Positions 29,436 through 37,411 of a stretch of DNA of 64,000 nt are shown here, piece by piece. Both the position numbers and the translations under genes were made by a program. Source of the DNA: a candidate division Hyd24-12 bacterium UBA5074 (GTDB lineage: Bacteria > Fermentibacterota > Fermentibacteria > Fermentibacterales > Fermentibacteraceae); the NCBI GenBank assembly GCA_002414865.1, contig DIAQ01000033.1:26958-90957 (forward strand). The letters are read 5' to 3'. The notes beneath the pieces are model-generated. The model was not told where the DNA came from, ran no database searches, and saw nothing but the letters and a program-made list of their open reading frames with translations. Position 1 is the first letter of the stretch. Every line of letters starts with the position of its first letter.

Positions 29436-29838
29436 CCTCCGGTATCACGTCGTATCCCAGCTCGGTCCACTTCGCGACCATGTCCTCGGCCGATACGACG
29501 CCCTCGTGCCTCCAGAGCTCGGTTCCGGTCTCCGAGAGGAAGATCTGCGTCGGGATCACCCTGATGCCGTAGGTGCGCGCTGCCGCCTGGTTCTCGTTCA
29601 CGTCGACGAAAGAGATCTCGAGGGTCCCCTGCGTCATGTCCTCGAGACGGTCGAGCTCGGTCATCATGGTCTGGCACGGTATGCACATCTGCGAACCGAG
29701 ATCGAGGACCTTCGGCAATGCCGTCAATGTCGTGTCCGGAGCTTCCAGGCGCTCGGTTCCCGTGTCACGGGTCAGGACTGCTGCGGCTGCAAGCCCGCCG
29801 ACTACCAGGACTATCGCTGCCTTGGTCAATGTCTTCAT
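29422..29838 (-). CDS. Exported/membrane-anchored thioredoxin family protein
   Basis: N-terminal hydrophobic signal, DLGSQMCIPC, IRVIPTQIF, RHEG. Confidence 0.9.
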   Translation of the reverse strand: MKTLTKAAIVLVVGGLAAAAVLTRDTGTERLEAPDTTLTALPKVLDLGSQMCIPCQTMMTELDRLEDMTQGTLEISFVDVNENQAAARTYGIRVIPTQIFLSETGTELWRHEGVVSAEDMVAKWTELGYDVIPEDAGE

Positions 29839-29872
29839 CGGAGTGAATCCGTCCTTCGGAATCTGATGTTGT

Positions 29873-30112
29873 CTACTTCCCGGTCAGTATGGCCGCTATC
29901 TCATCCACTCCCGGGACTCTGCCCATGACCCTGACCTCTCCATCCACAACGAGAGCCGGAGTCATCATCACGCCGAACTTCATGATCTCCCTGATGTCCG
30001 TAACCTTCTCGATCGACACGCCCTGGAGCTCCGCCTTCTCGACTGCCTTGTGGACGTGCTCCATGAGCTTGATGCATTTCGGGCAGCCCGTTCCCAGCAC
30101 TTGAATAGTCAT
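29873..30112 (-). CDS. Small redox-active disulfide protein (MTH895/TM0996 family)
   Basis: IQVLGTGCPKC, EKVTDI, GVMMTPALVVDG. Confidence 0.92.
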   Translation of the reverse strand: MTIQVLGTGCPKCIKLMEHVHKAVEKAELQGVSIEKVTDIREIMKFGVMMTPALVVDGEVRVMGRVPGVDEIAAILTGK

Positions 30113-30132
30113 CTCTTACCTCCAGTTCCGCA

Positions 30133-31428
30133 TCAGCTCGCGAAGGTGCCGAAGATGAACCCGGTGAAAGTTGCGAGAACGACCACGAGAGAAACGAAGA
30201 CCACCGTTTTCTTCGCACCCATGATGCTCCTGAGGACGAGCATGCTGGGCAGGGACAGTGCCGGGCCGGCAAGGAGAAGGGCCAGGGCCGGGCCTTTGCC
30301 CATCCCGGAACCGAGCAGTCCCTGAAGGATGGGTATCTCCGTGAGCGTGGCGAAGTACATCAGCGCGCCGGAAACGGAGGCGAAAAGATTCGCGAGCAGC
30401 GAGTTGCCGCCGACGGCTCCAGCGATCCATGTGGATGGGATCATCGCCTCATGGCCGGGCCTGCCCAGGAGGAACCCGGCGACGAGCACGCCTCCCAGGA
30501 GCAAGGGAATGATCTGACGGGCGAAGCCGACCGTCGCGTCGAACCACTCCCGGAGCTGGGGGCCACCTGTGGCGGAGAGGGCGCCCACAGCGATGACACC
30601 AGCCGAGAACGCGTAGATCGGATGCTCCGGCCACAGCAGCGCAAGGGCAGTGACGGGAACGGAACCCAGAAGCACTCTCCTCCATCCGACCTTGAACTCG
30701 AGCACGAGGATCACGGCCAGGAGAACGGAGAATGCCGATGTGATGTACCACTTGATCTGAGCTACGAAGGCCCAGAAGGGAGCCGCCCCTTCAGGGCTGC
30801 CCCAGTTGGCGAAGACGAGGATTCCGGCCATGGAGGCGAAGTACAGAGCTGTTTTCCAGAGTGGTCGCTGAGGAGCCCCCGGCGCCGTCGCCATGCTGGT
30901 TCGCGTCTTCTCTGACGAAGCCTTGCGGAAGAACAGGCTCATCAGGAGGCCGATGACAACGCTGAAGGCTACTGCGCCGACGGCGCGGGCGACTCCGATC
31001 TCCAGCCCGAGCACCCTCGCCGTCATCACGATGGCCAGGATATTGATGGCGGGGCCGCTGTATAGAAATGCCGTCGCTGGCCCGAGCCCTGCTCCCATCG
31101 TATAGATGCCGGCGAAGATGGGCAGCACCGTGCACGAGCAGACGGCCAGAACGGTCCCGGATACCGAAGCGACTCCGTACGCCTTGAATCTGTTCGCCCC
31201 CGGTCCGAGGTATCGCAGGACGGAGTCCTTGTTCAGGAAGACGCCGATGGCGCCCGCGATGAACAGGGCGGGGACCAGGCAGAGGATCACATGAAGGCGG
31301 GCGTATTCGTTGAGCATGAAGAGGGATTCCCGGACTGCACCCTCGAACCGCGGCGAACCGACCGGAAGGAACCAGGCTGCGAGAAGAGCGGCAGCCAGGA
31401 GGAGAAGCGTCTTCGTCGTCGAAGTCAC
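30133..31428 (-). CDS. ArsP-like (DUF318) permease
   Basis: CLVPALFIAG, LAVCSCTVLP, FLYSGPAIN, YFATLTEIP, LAGPALSLP; GTG overlaps the arsR stop. Confidence 0.9.
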   Translation of the reverse strand: MTSTTKTLLLLAAALLAAWFLPVGSPRFEGAVRESLFMLNEYARLHVILCLVPALFIAGAIGVFLNKDSVLRYLGPGANRFKAYGVASVSGTVLAVCSCTVLPIFAGIYTMGAGLGPATAFLYSGPAINILAIVMTARVLGLEIGVARAVGAVAFSVVIGLLMSLFFRKASSEKTRTSMATAPGAPQRPLWKTALYFASMAGILVFANWGSPEGAAPFWAFVAQIKWYITSAFSVLLAVILVLEFKVGWRRVLLGSVPVTALALLWPEHPIYAFSAGVIAVGALSATGGPQLREWFDATVGFARQIIPLLLGGVLVAGFLLGRPGHEAMIPSTWIAGAVGGNSLLANLFASVSGALMYFATLTEIPILQGLLGSGMGKGPALALLLAGPALSLPSMLVLRSIMGAKKTVVFVSLVVVLATFTGFIFGTFAS

Positions 31429-31754
31429 TGCTTGTTCTCCTTCGGGCAGGCCGGGAGCCTGCAGGCCCCTCCCGCGATCACGTTCTCCACGCACTGGAAG
31501 AAATCGAGGACGCATCTCACCGCGAGGGTGTAGTACACCTTCGTGCCCTCCTTGCGGTCCGCCGCGAGGCCCGCGCTTCTAAGGACGGAGAGGTGTCTCG
31601 ACACCGTAGAGATGTCCAGGCCGACCTCTGCGGAGAGGTCGCCCACGGTCCTCTCACCTGTCGAGAGCGCATCCACGAGATGCAGGCGGGCGGGATTGGC
31701 GAGGGCGGAGAGTATCGATGCCCTTCTTCGATAGATCTCGTTGTTCGACGACAT
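31425..31754 (-). CDS. arsR: ArsR/SmtB family transcriptional repressor
   Basis: ALANP.RL, STVSRHL..L...GL, R.EG..VYY; four C-terminal cysteines; AAGGAGG RBS. Confidence 0.9.
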   Translation of the reverse strand: MSSNNEIYRRRASILSALANPARLHLVDALSTGERTVGDLSAEVGLDISTVSRHLSVLRSAGLAADRKEGTKVYYTLAVRCVLDFFQCVENVIAGGACRLPACPKENKQ

Positions 31755-31765
31755 GGTTCTCCTCC

Positions 31766-31808
31766 TTGCAAACTTATGCAAATATACAAATATTCGTTCC
31801 TGGATCAA
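31766..31808 (-). promoter_or_regulatory. ars operon promoter with probable ArsR operator
   Basis: Minus-strand TTGATC, 16 nt spacer, TATATT; palindrome TTGCA-N6-TGCAA (31766-31781) between the -10 box and the RBS in an AT-rich patch. Confidence 0.6.
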
Positions 31809-31821
31809 CAGGAGCTCGATC

Positions 31822-31850
31822 TTGGCAATCGCGGACATTTCCGCGATACT
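31822..31850 (+). promoter_or_regulatory. Promoter of the selenoprotein gene pair with internal palindrome
   Basis: TTGGCA, 17 nt spacer, GATACT; perfect inverted repeat ATCGCGGA-CATT-TCCGCGAT (31828-31847). Confidence 0.5.
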
Positions 31851-31895
31851 GATCGAAACCGCGTGGAAAAGCAGCCTTGCATGCGAGGAGGCAAG

Positions 31896-32537
31896 ATGGG
31901 GAAGATTCTGGCTGTTCTGCTGCTGGCCGTGCTGCCCGTCACCGCAGCCACCATAACGGTCGGCAGCCCTCAGATATCGTCGAGCGATCCCTGGTGCGGC
32001 TCCTGAAGCCCCCAGATGCGCTACCAGGCGGTAGTGCTGGGCGAAGAGATGCAGGGAGCCTGTGACATCCTCTCGGTGGCATGGCAGCGGACCACTTCGG
32101 GGAACGACCAGGGCCATTACTATGACGTCAACATCTACATGGGCCTCTGTGCATCGGACCAGCTCGGCTCGGTCTTCGAAGACAACTGGGTGCCGGGCAC
32201 CAAGACGCTGGTATTCTCCACCGACCAGCTCGACCTGTCCGCCGGCGTCAACGAATGGGAGCCGATCACGCTCGATGCGCCATACTGGTACGGCGGTCAG
32301 CAGAACCTGCTCCTCGAGGTCGAGTGGGGCTCCGCCAACACCTCCTACAGTTTCTACACATGGAAATGGGATACCGGGGCCGTGCGATCGATCAAGGCCG
32401 TCGACCTCGCCGCGCCGTCGGGCATAATGTCGACCCAGATGTCCGAGCTCCAGTTCACGGCAGACCTCGACCTGGAGGTCGACACCTTCGGCTGCATCAA
32501 GACCCTGTTCATCGGCGGAGAGGAGCGGGGGGAATGA
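31896..32537 (+). CDS. Predicted secreted selenoprotein A (213 aa, CGSU, Sec at codon 37)
   Basis: GAGGAG RBS, signal peptide MGKILAVLLLAVLPVTA, in-frame TGA 32004-32006 continuing without stop into ORF 32016-32537, SECIS-like hairpin 11 nt downstream, paralog with the same layout. Confidence 0.85.
32011..32041 (+). promoter_or_regulatory. Bacterial SECIS-like stem-loop (gene A)
   Basis: GCGCTACC (32018-25), AGGC loop, GGTAGTGC (32030-37); lower stem CCCA/TGGG; upper stem starts after an 11-nt spacer from TGA. Confidence 0.8.
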
Positions 32538-33172
32538 AGATCCTGCCGCTGCCCCTGCTGGCCCTTGCATTCCTCGCGCCGGCCGCGACGATAACCATCG
32601 GGCAGGAGGAGCTCTCGGGCGGCGAGCCGCTCTGCTGCTCCTGAGTCGAGTCCCTGCACTACCAGGTGGTGGTGCTCGATTCGGAGATCGGGGGAGCGTT
32701 CCAGATCCAGGAGCTGTCACTCGTGCGGCACAGCTCGGGTTCTACGCCCGCCCCGACGAACTTCAGCGATTTCCAGATCTGGTTCGGACTGACCGATTCC
32801 GACCAGCTCTCGTCGATGTTCGAGGACAATTTCATCCCCGGCACACGCACGCTCGTGTTCGACCGCGACTCGCTCTACCTTTCCGCGAGTCCGGGCGAGC
32901 AGATCGACTTCGAGCTGGACCAGCCCTTCTGGTACGGAGGAACGCACAACCTCGTGGTCGAGATCCTCTGGTCGGACGGCGAGGAGATCGGCTCCGAGTG
33001 CGTGTACACCTGGCAGTGGAACACGGGCGCCATGAGGTGCGCGTCAGGCCCGTACACGGCGTCCTCGGGCAGCCTCACCAGCATGATCCCGATGCTGGTC
33101 CTCACAGGAGTGCAGGCGCTCGACCAGACCACTTTCGCGGCGGTGAAGTCGTCCTTTTCCGGGAGCCCCTGA
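32534..33172 (+). CDS. Predicted secreted selenoprotein B (212 aa, CCSU, Sec at codon 37)
   Basis: ATGA overlap with gene A, signal peptide MKILPLPLLALAFLAPA, in-frame TGA 32642-32644 continuing into ORF 32666-33172, SECIS-like hairpin, colinear with gene A on both sides of the TGA. Confidence 0.85.
32646..32679 (+). promoter_or_regulatory. Bacterial SECIS-like stem-loop (gene B)
   Basis: GCACTACC (32656-63), AGGT loop, GGTGGTGC (32668-75); lower stem TCGA/TCGA; 11-nt spacer from TGA. Confidence 0.8.
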
Positions 33173-33288
33173 GCGGCGCCGGACGGGTTCCGAGCGATTT
33201 CCGGGATATCGATGCACATGACCCGGCAGGGATCCGGGGTCGCAGTGTTGCCTCCTCCGGGCGGCGCTTGGCAATATTCGCGTGCGGT

Positions 33289-33365
33289 GCGCCCGTAGCT
33301 CAGCTGGATAGAGCAGCGGACTTCTAATCCGCAGGTCTCGCGTTCGAGTCGCGACGGGCGTACCA
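33289..33365 (+). tRNA. tRNA-Arg (TCT)
   Basis: GCGCCCG/CGGGCGT acceptor stem, TAGCTCAG D-arm, anticodon loop CTTCTAA, GTTCGAG T-loop, encoded CCA. Confidence 0.96.
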
Positions 33366-33370
33366 CTCTC

Positions 33371-33400
33371 CGGAAGGCCTTCCCGGCAGGCGGCCTTCCG
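33371..33400 (+). terminator. Hairpin after tRNA-Arg
   Basis: CGGAAGGCC...GGCCTTCCG stem, weak U-tract. Confidence 0.45.
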
Positions 33401-33477
33401 TTCCACCATCTCCAGGCCCGCCCTCCCGTGGGCCGGCACCGACTCAAGGCTCCCGCACGGACCCGGGCACGATACGG

Positions 33478-33507
33478 AGGAAGGCCGCCCTAACGGACGG
33501 CCTTCCT
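33478..33507 (-). terminator. Hairpin after tRNA-Lys
   Basis: AGGAAGGCCG...CGGCCTTCCT stem just downstream of the minus-strand tRNAs. Confidence 0.45.
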
Positions 33508-33513
33508 GCACGA

Positions 33514-33589
33514 TGGTACGCCCCCCGGGAATCGAACCCGGAACCCACGGATTAAGAGTCCGTTGCTCTACCAATTGAGCTAGGGGCGC
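33514..33589 (-). tRNA. tRNA-Lys (CTT)
   Basis: Reverse complement GCGCCCCTAGCTCAATTGGTAGAGC...CTCTTAA...GGTTCGATTCC...ACCA. Confidence 0.96.
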
Positions 33590-33597
33590 AAAAATCC

Positions 33598-33674
33598 TGG
33601 GGTGGGAGACCGGACTCGAACCGGCGACCACTTGATCCACAGTCAAGGGCTCTACCAACTGAACTACTCCCACC
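33598..33674 (-). tRNA. tRNA-His (GTG)
   Basis: Reverse complement GGTGGGAGTAGTTCAGTTGGTAGAGC...CTGTGGA...GGTTCGAGTCC...CCCA with G-1. Confidence 0.96.
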
Positions 33675-33791
33675 AGAGCAGGCCGCATATATAGACGAGC
33701 CCCTCGATGCGTCAAGCAATACAAGCTCTTGACGCAGCTTCCGCGGCAGGATACGCTTCGTCGACCAGACGCGAACGGGGGGCCCTTTCCG

Positions 33792-34250
33792 ATGAGATGC
33801 CCGCGCTGCGGGAGCATGGACGACAGGGTTGTCGATTCGAGGAGCGCCAAGGAGGGCAGGGCCACCCGGCGCCGTCGCGAATGTCTCGACTGCGGCTACA
33901 GGTACACCACCTACGAATTCATCGAGACCAGCTATCCCGGAGTCGTCAAGAAGGACGGGAGGCGCGAGCCTTTCGATACCGCCAAGCTGGAGAAGGGCAT
34001 CGCCAGGGCCTGCGAGAAGCGCCCGGTCTCCGCACAGGAGATCAAGGACGTCGTCGAGAAGCTCACTGCGCGGATCACGGAGGAATTCCCCGATGAGGTC
34101 AGCTCGGGTTTCATAGGAGAATGCGTGATGGAGACTCTTCGCGGGATCGACGAAGTCGCCTACGTAAGGTTCGCGAGCGTCTACAGGCAGTTCCGGGATG
34201 TCGCTCAGTTCAAGGAGGAGCTGGAGAGGCTGCTGAAGAACCAGAAGTGA
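33792..34250 (+). CDS. nrdR: Transcriptional repressor NrdR
   Basis: MRCP.C, VVDSR, RRRREC..C, ATP-cone, [14 protein letters not shown]. Confidence 0.97.
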   Translation: MRCPRCGSMDDRVVDSRSAKEGRATRRRRECLDCGYRYTTYEFIETSYPGVVKKDGRREPFDTAKLEKGIARACEKRPVSAQEIKDVVEKLTARITEEFPDEVSSGFIGECVMETLRGIDEVAYVRFASVYRQFRDVAQFKEELERLLKNQK

Positions 34251-34414
34251 GTTACCCGCCTTGTGGCGGCACTTCGGATTCCCTATGAATGGCCAGTCAC
34301 AGCAAGGCATTGGAGCATCCTGCAGGGTCGGGATGGAACACGCCGGTCCTTCCCGGGCGATTTCCTTCGACCATACAGGCTTGTTGCATCGGGAAGGTCT
34401 GTCCATGGAGGCTT

Positions 34415-35728
34415 ATGGGGAAACGCAGAACCTTTTCGGGGGGGGCGCACCCTGACGAGCGCAAGGAGCTGGCCGAGCACAGCGCCGTTCGGAAGCTGCC
34501 CGCGCCGAAGGTGATCCGGGTGGCCCTGTGCCAGCATCTCGGAGCCCCCTCGACGCCGCTTGTCGCCAAGGGTGACAGGGTTACGCGCGGCCAGGAGATC
34601 GGTGCTCAGAACGGCTTCATCAGCCTGCCCACCCATTCTCCGGTCGGCGGAACCGTGCTGGCTCTCGAGGATGCGGCGCTGCCGCACAGGAGGTCTGGCC
34701 CCACGATCGTGATCGAGACCTCTTCGGAGGAGGGAGGCGCGGTATTCGAGCCCTGGCCCGAATACTCCAGCCGTTCTCCCCAGGAGGTCATCGAGAGGAT
34801 AAGGGCTGCCGGAGTCTGCGGAATGGGGGGCGCGAGCTTCCCCACCCATGTCAAGCTCTCCCCGCCCAGGGACAAGAAGGTCGACACCCTCATCCTCAAC
34901 GGCGCCGAGTGCGAACCCTACCTCACCTCGGACGCCCGCCTGATGGTCGAGCGCACGGCCGACGTCATCGATGGGATGAGGATCCTGGCCCACGCTCTCG
35001 GAGTCGGGCGGGTCTTCGCGGGCGTCGAGGCCAACAAGCCGGAGGCAGCCGCCGCTCTCGAGGGAGCCGGCGCGGAAGTCATCACTCTGAAGGTGAAGTA
35101 TCCGCAGGGCGCCGAGAAGCAGCTGATCAAGGCCGTCACCGGGCGCGAGGTGCCGGTGGGAGGCCTTCCCATGGATGTCGGAGTCGTCGTGCAGAACGTC
35201 GGGACGGCGGCCGCAGCTGCAGAGGCCGTTCGCGACGGCATGCCCTGCATGCGGCGCATAGTCACCGTCTCGGGCGGTGGGATAAAGGCACCCGGCAATT
35301 TCGACGCATGCGTCGGCACCTCCTTCGCGGATCTCGTCGAGGCTGCGGGGGGCTACTCCGGAGAAGTCGTCAGGCTGCTCTCCGGAGGACCCATGATGGG
35401 CATCGCTCAGTTCACCGACGCCGTGCCCGTGACGAAGGGGACCAGCGGGATCGTCGCGCTGACCTCGCGCGAGGCGAGGTCGCTCTCCGAGGGTCCGTGC
35501 ATCAGGTGCGGGAAATGCGTGGACGCATGCCCGATGGGTCTGGCCCCGTGTCTCATCTCGGAAGCCGCGGAGCACTCCGGCTGGAAGTCGGCCGACGAAG
35601 CCGGCGCCCTGAGCTGCATGGCCTGCGGCACCTGCACCTTCGTCTGCCCCAGCTCCCGCTTCCTCGTCCATTACATCAAGAGGGCCCAGGAGGCAATCCG
35701 CGCCTCCAAGCGCTCCAGGGAGGCATGA
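34415..35728 (+). CDS. rnfC: Rnf complex subunit C
   Basis: FSGGAHP, QHLGAP, GMGGASFPT, NGAECEPYLTSD, YPQGAEKQL, GGPMMG, two CxxCxxCxxxC. Confidence 0.95.
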   Translation: MGKRRTFSGGAHPDERKELAEHSAVRKLPAPKVIRVALCQHLGAPSTPLVAKGDRVTRGQEIGAQNGFISLPTHSPVGGTVLALEDAALPHRRSGPTIVIETSSEEGGAVFEPWPEYSSRSPQEVIERIRAAGVCGMGGASFPTHVKLSPPRDKKVDTLILNGAECEPYLTSDARLMVERTADVIDGMRILAHALGVGRVFAGVEANKPEAAAALEGAGAEVITLKVKYPQGAEKQLIKAVTGREVPVGGLPMDVGVVVQNVGTAAAAAEAVRDGMPCMRRIVTVSGGGIKAPGNFDACVGTSFADLVEAAGGYSGEVVRLLSGGPMMGIAQFTDAVPVTKGTSGIVALTSREARSLSEGPCIRCGKCVDACPMGLAPCLISEAAEHSGWKSADEAGALSCMACGTCTFVCPSSRFLVHYIKRAQEAIRASKRSREA

Positions 35729-36804
35729 TGGCTGAACCGCGCCTCTTCCAGCTGTCCATGTCGCCTCATGTGACATCGCCGCTCAACACGCGGCGGGTGA
35801 TGCTCGACGTGGTGACGGCCCTGCTGCCCGCCCTGGCGGGCGCGATCTGGTTCTTCGGCTTCGTCGACTCTCTGCTGCCCGTCCTCGTGAGCGTCGTCAC
35901 GGCCGTGGCTGCCGAGTACTTCTGCCTCAGGATAATGAAGCGGCCCGTGAACGCCGCGCTGGACGGCAGCGCGATCGTGACCGGCCTTCTGCTGGCCTAC
36001 AACCTGCCGCCGGGAGTCCCCTGGTGGCTGCCCGTCATCGGCTCGGGCTTCGCCATCGTGGTGGCCAAGCAGGCCTTCGGAGGTCTGGGGCACAACATGA
36101 TCAACCCAGCCCTGCTCGGCCGGGCCTTCCTGATGGCGAGCTTCCCGGTCCTGATGACATCCGGATGGCAGGCCCCCTTCGAGTGGAGCGCGCCGGAATC
36201 CCACTTCGAGACGTCCGGCATACCCGTGGAGAACCTGCAGGCCATCCCTGACGCCGACGCCATCTCCGGTGCCACGCCGCTGCGGGTGATGAAGGACTCC
36301 TTCACAATGGAGCGGCACCGCGGCAACGCCGTGAGGGCGCAGCTCGCGAGCGAGGGCACCTACCTCAACCTCTTCCTCGGTCGCCGCGGAGGCTGCATTG
36401 GGGAGACCTCGGGCCTCCTGCTCCTGCTGGGGGCGATCTACCTCGTGGTCCGCGGCGTCCTGGAGCTGAGGCTCCCGCTTAGCTACCTCGGCTCCGTGGC
36501 CCTCTTCGGATGGATCATCGGCGGCCCGGGCCTGCTCCAGGGGGATCCCCTGTTTTCCGTGCTCGCAGGCGGGGTGATCCTGGGCGGCTTCTTCATGGTC
36601 ACGGACATGGTCACCACGCCGGTCACGCCCTGGGGCAAGATCCTGTTCGGCTTCCTGGCCGGTTTCATCACGATCGTCATTCGACGCTGGGGAGGCTATC
36701 CGGAAGGATGCTCATACTCCATCCTCATCATGAACCTCGCCACGCCGCTGCTCGACCGGTTCACCCGGCCGAGGATCCTCGGGGAGGTGGGGAAGCATGC
36801 GTGA
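35725..36804 (+). CDS. rnfD: Rnf complex subunit D
   Basis: SPH, KQAFGGLG.N..NPA, SGATPL FMN site, GCIGETS, TD.VTTP, GGYPEG. Confidence 0.95.
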   Translation: MMAEPRLFQLSMSPHVTSPLNTRRVMLDVVTALLPALAGAIWFFGFVDSLLPVLVSVVTAVAAEYFCLRIMKRPVNAALDGSAIVTGLLLAYNLPPGVPWWLPVIGSGFAIVVAKQAFGGLGHNMINPALLGRAFLMASFPVLMTSGWQAPFEWSAPESHFETSGIPVENLQAIPDADAISGATPLRVMKDSFTMERHRGNAVRAQLASEGTYLNLFLGRRGGCIGETSGLLLLLGAIYLVVRGVLELRLPLSYLGSVALFGWIIGGPGLLQGDPLFSVLAGGVILGGFFMVTDMVTTPVTPWGKILFGFLAGFITIVIRRWGGYPEGCSYSILIMNLATPLLDRFTRPRILGEVGKHA

Positions 36805-37411
36805 GATGATGCGCCTCGGCCTCATCCTGATGGGCATGAGTCTCATCTGCGCCGCTGCCCTGGGCTTCGTCAACAACCAGACGGAGGACAGGATCGCCGC
36901 CCAGAAGGAGCTCATCCGCCAGCAGGCCATGCAGTCCGTGTCGGCCTCCTTCGGTTCCGACCTCGAGTTCGACTCGCTGTCGGTGGCAGGCCTGGCCAAC
37001 CCCTACGAGGAGACAGGCAGGGTTCTGACCCCCATGGAGATCGTCTCCGGCGGCAGGCGGGTGGGCTTCGTGTTCACGGCCTACCGCAAGGGCTACTCGA
37101 GCGTCATCGAGACCCTCGTCGCGGTCGACACCACCGGGGTGATCTGCGGCAGCAGCATCCTCTACCAGTCCGAGACGCCGGGCCTGGGCACGAAGGCGCA
37201 GGCGCCCGAGTGGATGGCGCAGCTCGCCGGCCGTGACGAGAACGCCCTCGCCGTGGACAAGGACGGCGGGGAGATACACTCCATCACCGGGGCCACCGTC
37301 AGCTCCAGGGCGATAGTCGGCTCGGTCGCCGAGGGCCTGGAGGCCATGAGGGCGGCGGGGCTGTTCGTCGCAGGAGCCCCTGCCGCAGCTGCTGCCGGAG
37401 GTGCTGAATGA
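36797..37411 (+). CDS. rnfG: Rnf complex subunit G
   Basis: N-terminal TM helix, GY, ETPGLG, ITGATVSS FMN site. Confidence 0.93.
   Translation: MREMMRLGLILMGMSLICAAALGFVNNQTEDRIAAQKELIRQQAMQSVSASFGSDLEFDSLSVAGLANPYEETGRVLTPMEIVSGGRRVGFVFTAYRKGYSSVIETLVAVDTTGVICGSSILYQSETPGLGTKAQAPEWMAQLAGRDENALAVDKDGGEIHSITGATVSSRAIVGSVAEGLEAMRAAGLFVAGAPAAAAAGGAE

Noticed and set aside
31896-33172. Reading the two TGA-interrupted genes as pseudogenes, or as leader peptides plus separate ORFs
   Set aside because: The same codon position in both paralogs, the CxxU context, the conserved hairpins, intact frames and nearby selAB all favour recoding.
27461-33365. tRNA-integrated genomic island or prophage
   Set aside because: No integrase, transposase or duplicated tRNA 3' end is visible, and the accessory genes lie on the 5' side of tRNA-Arg.
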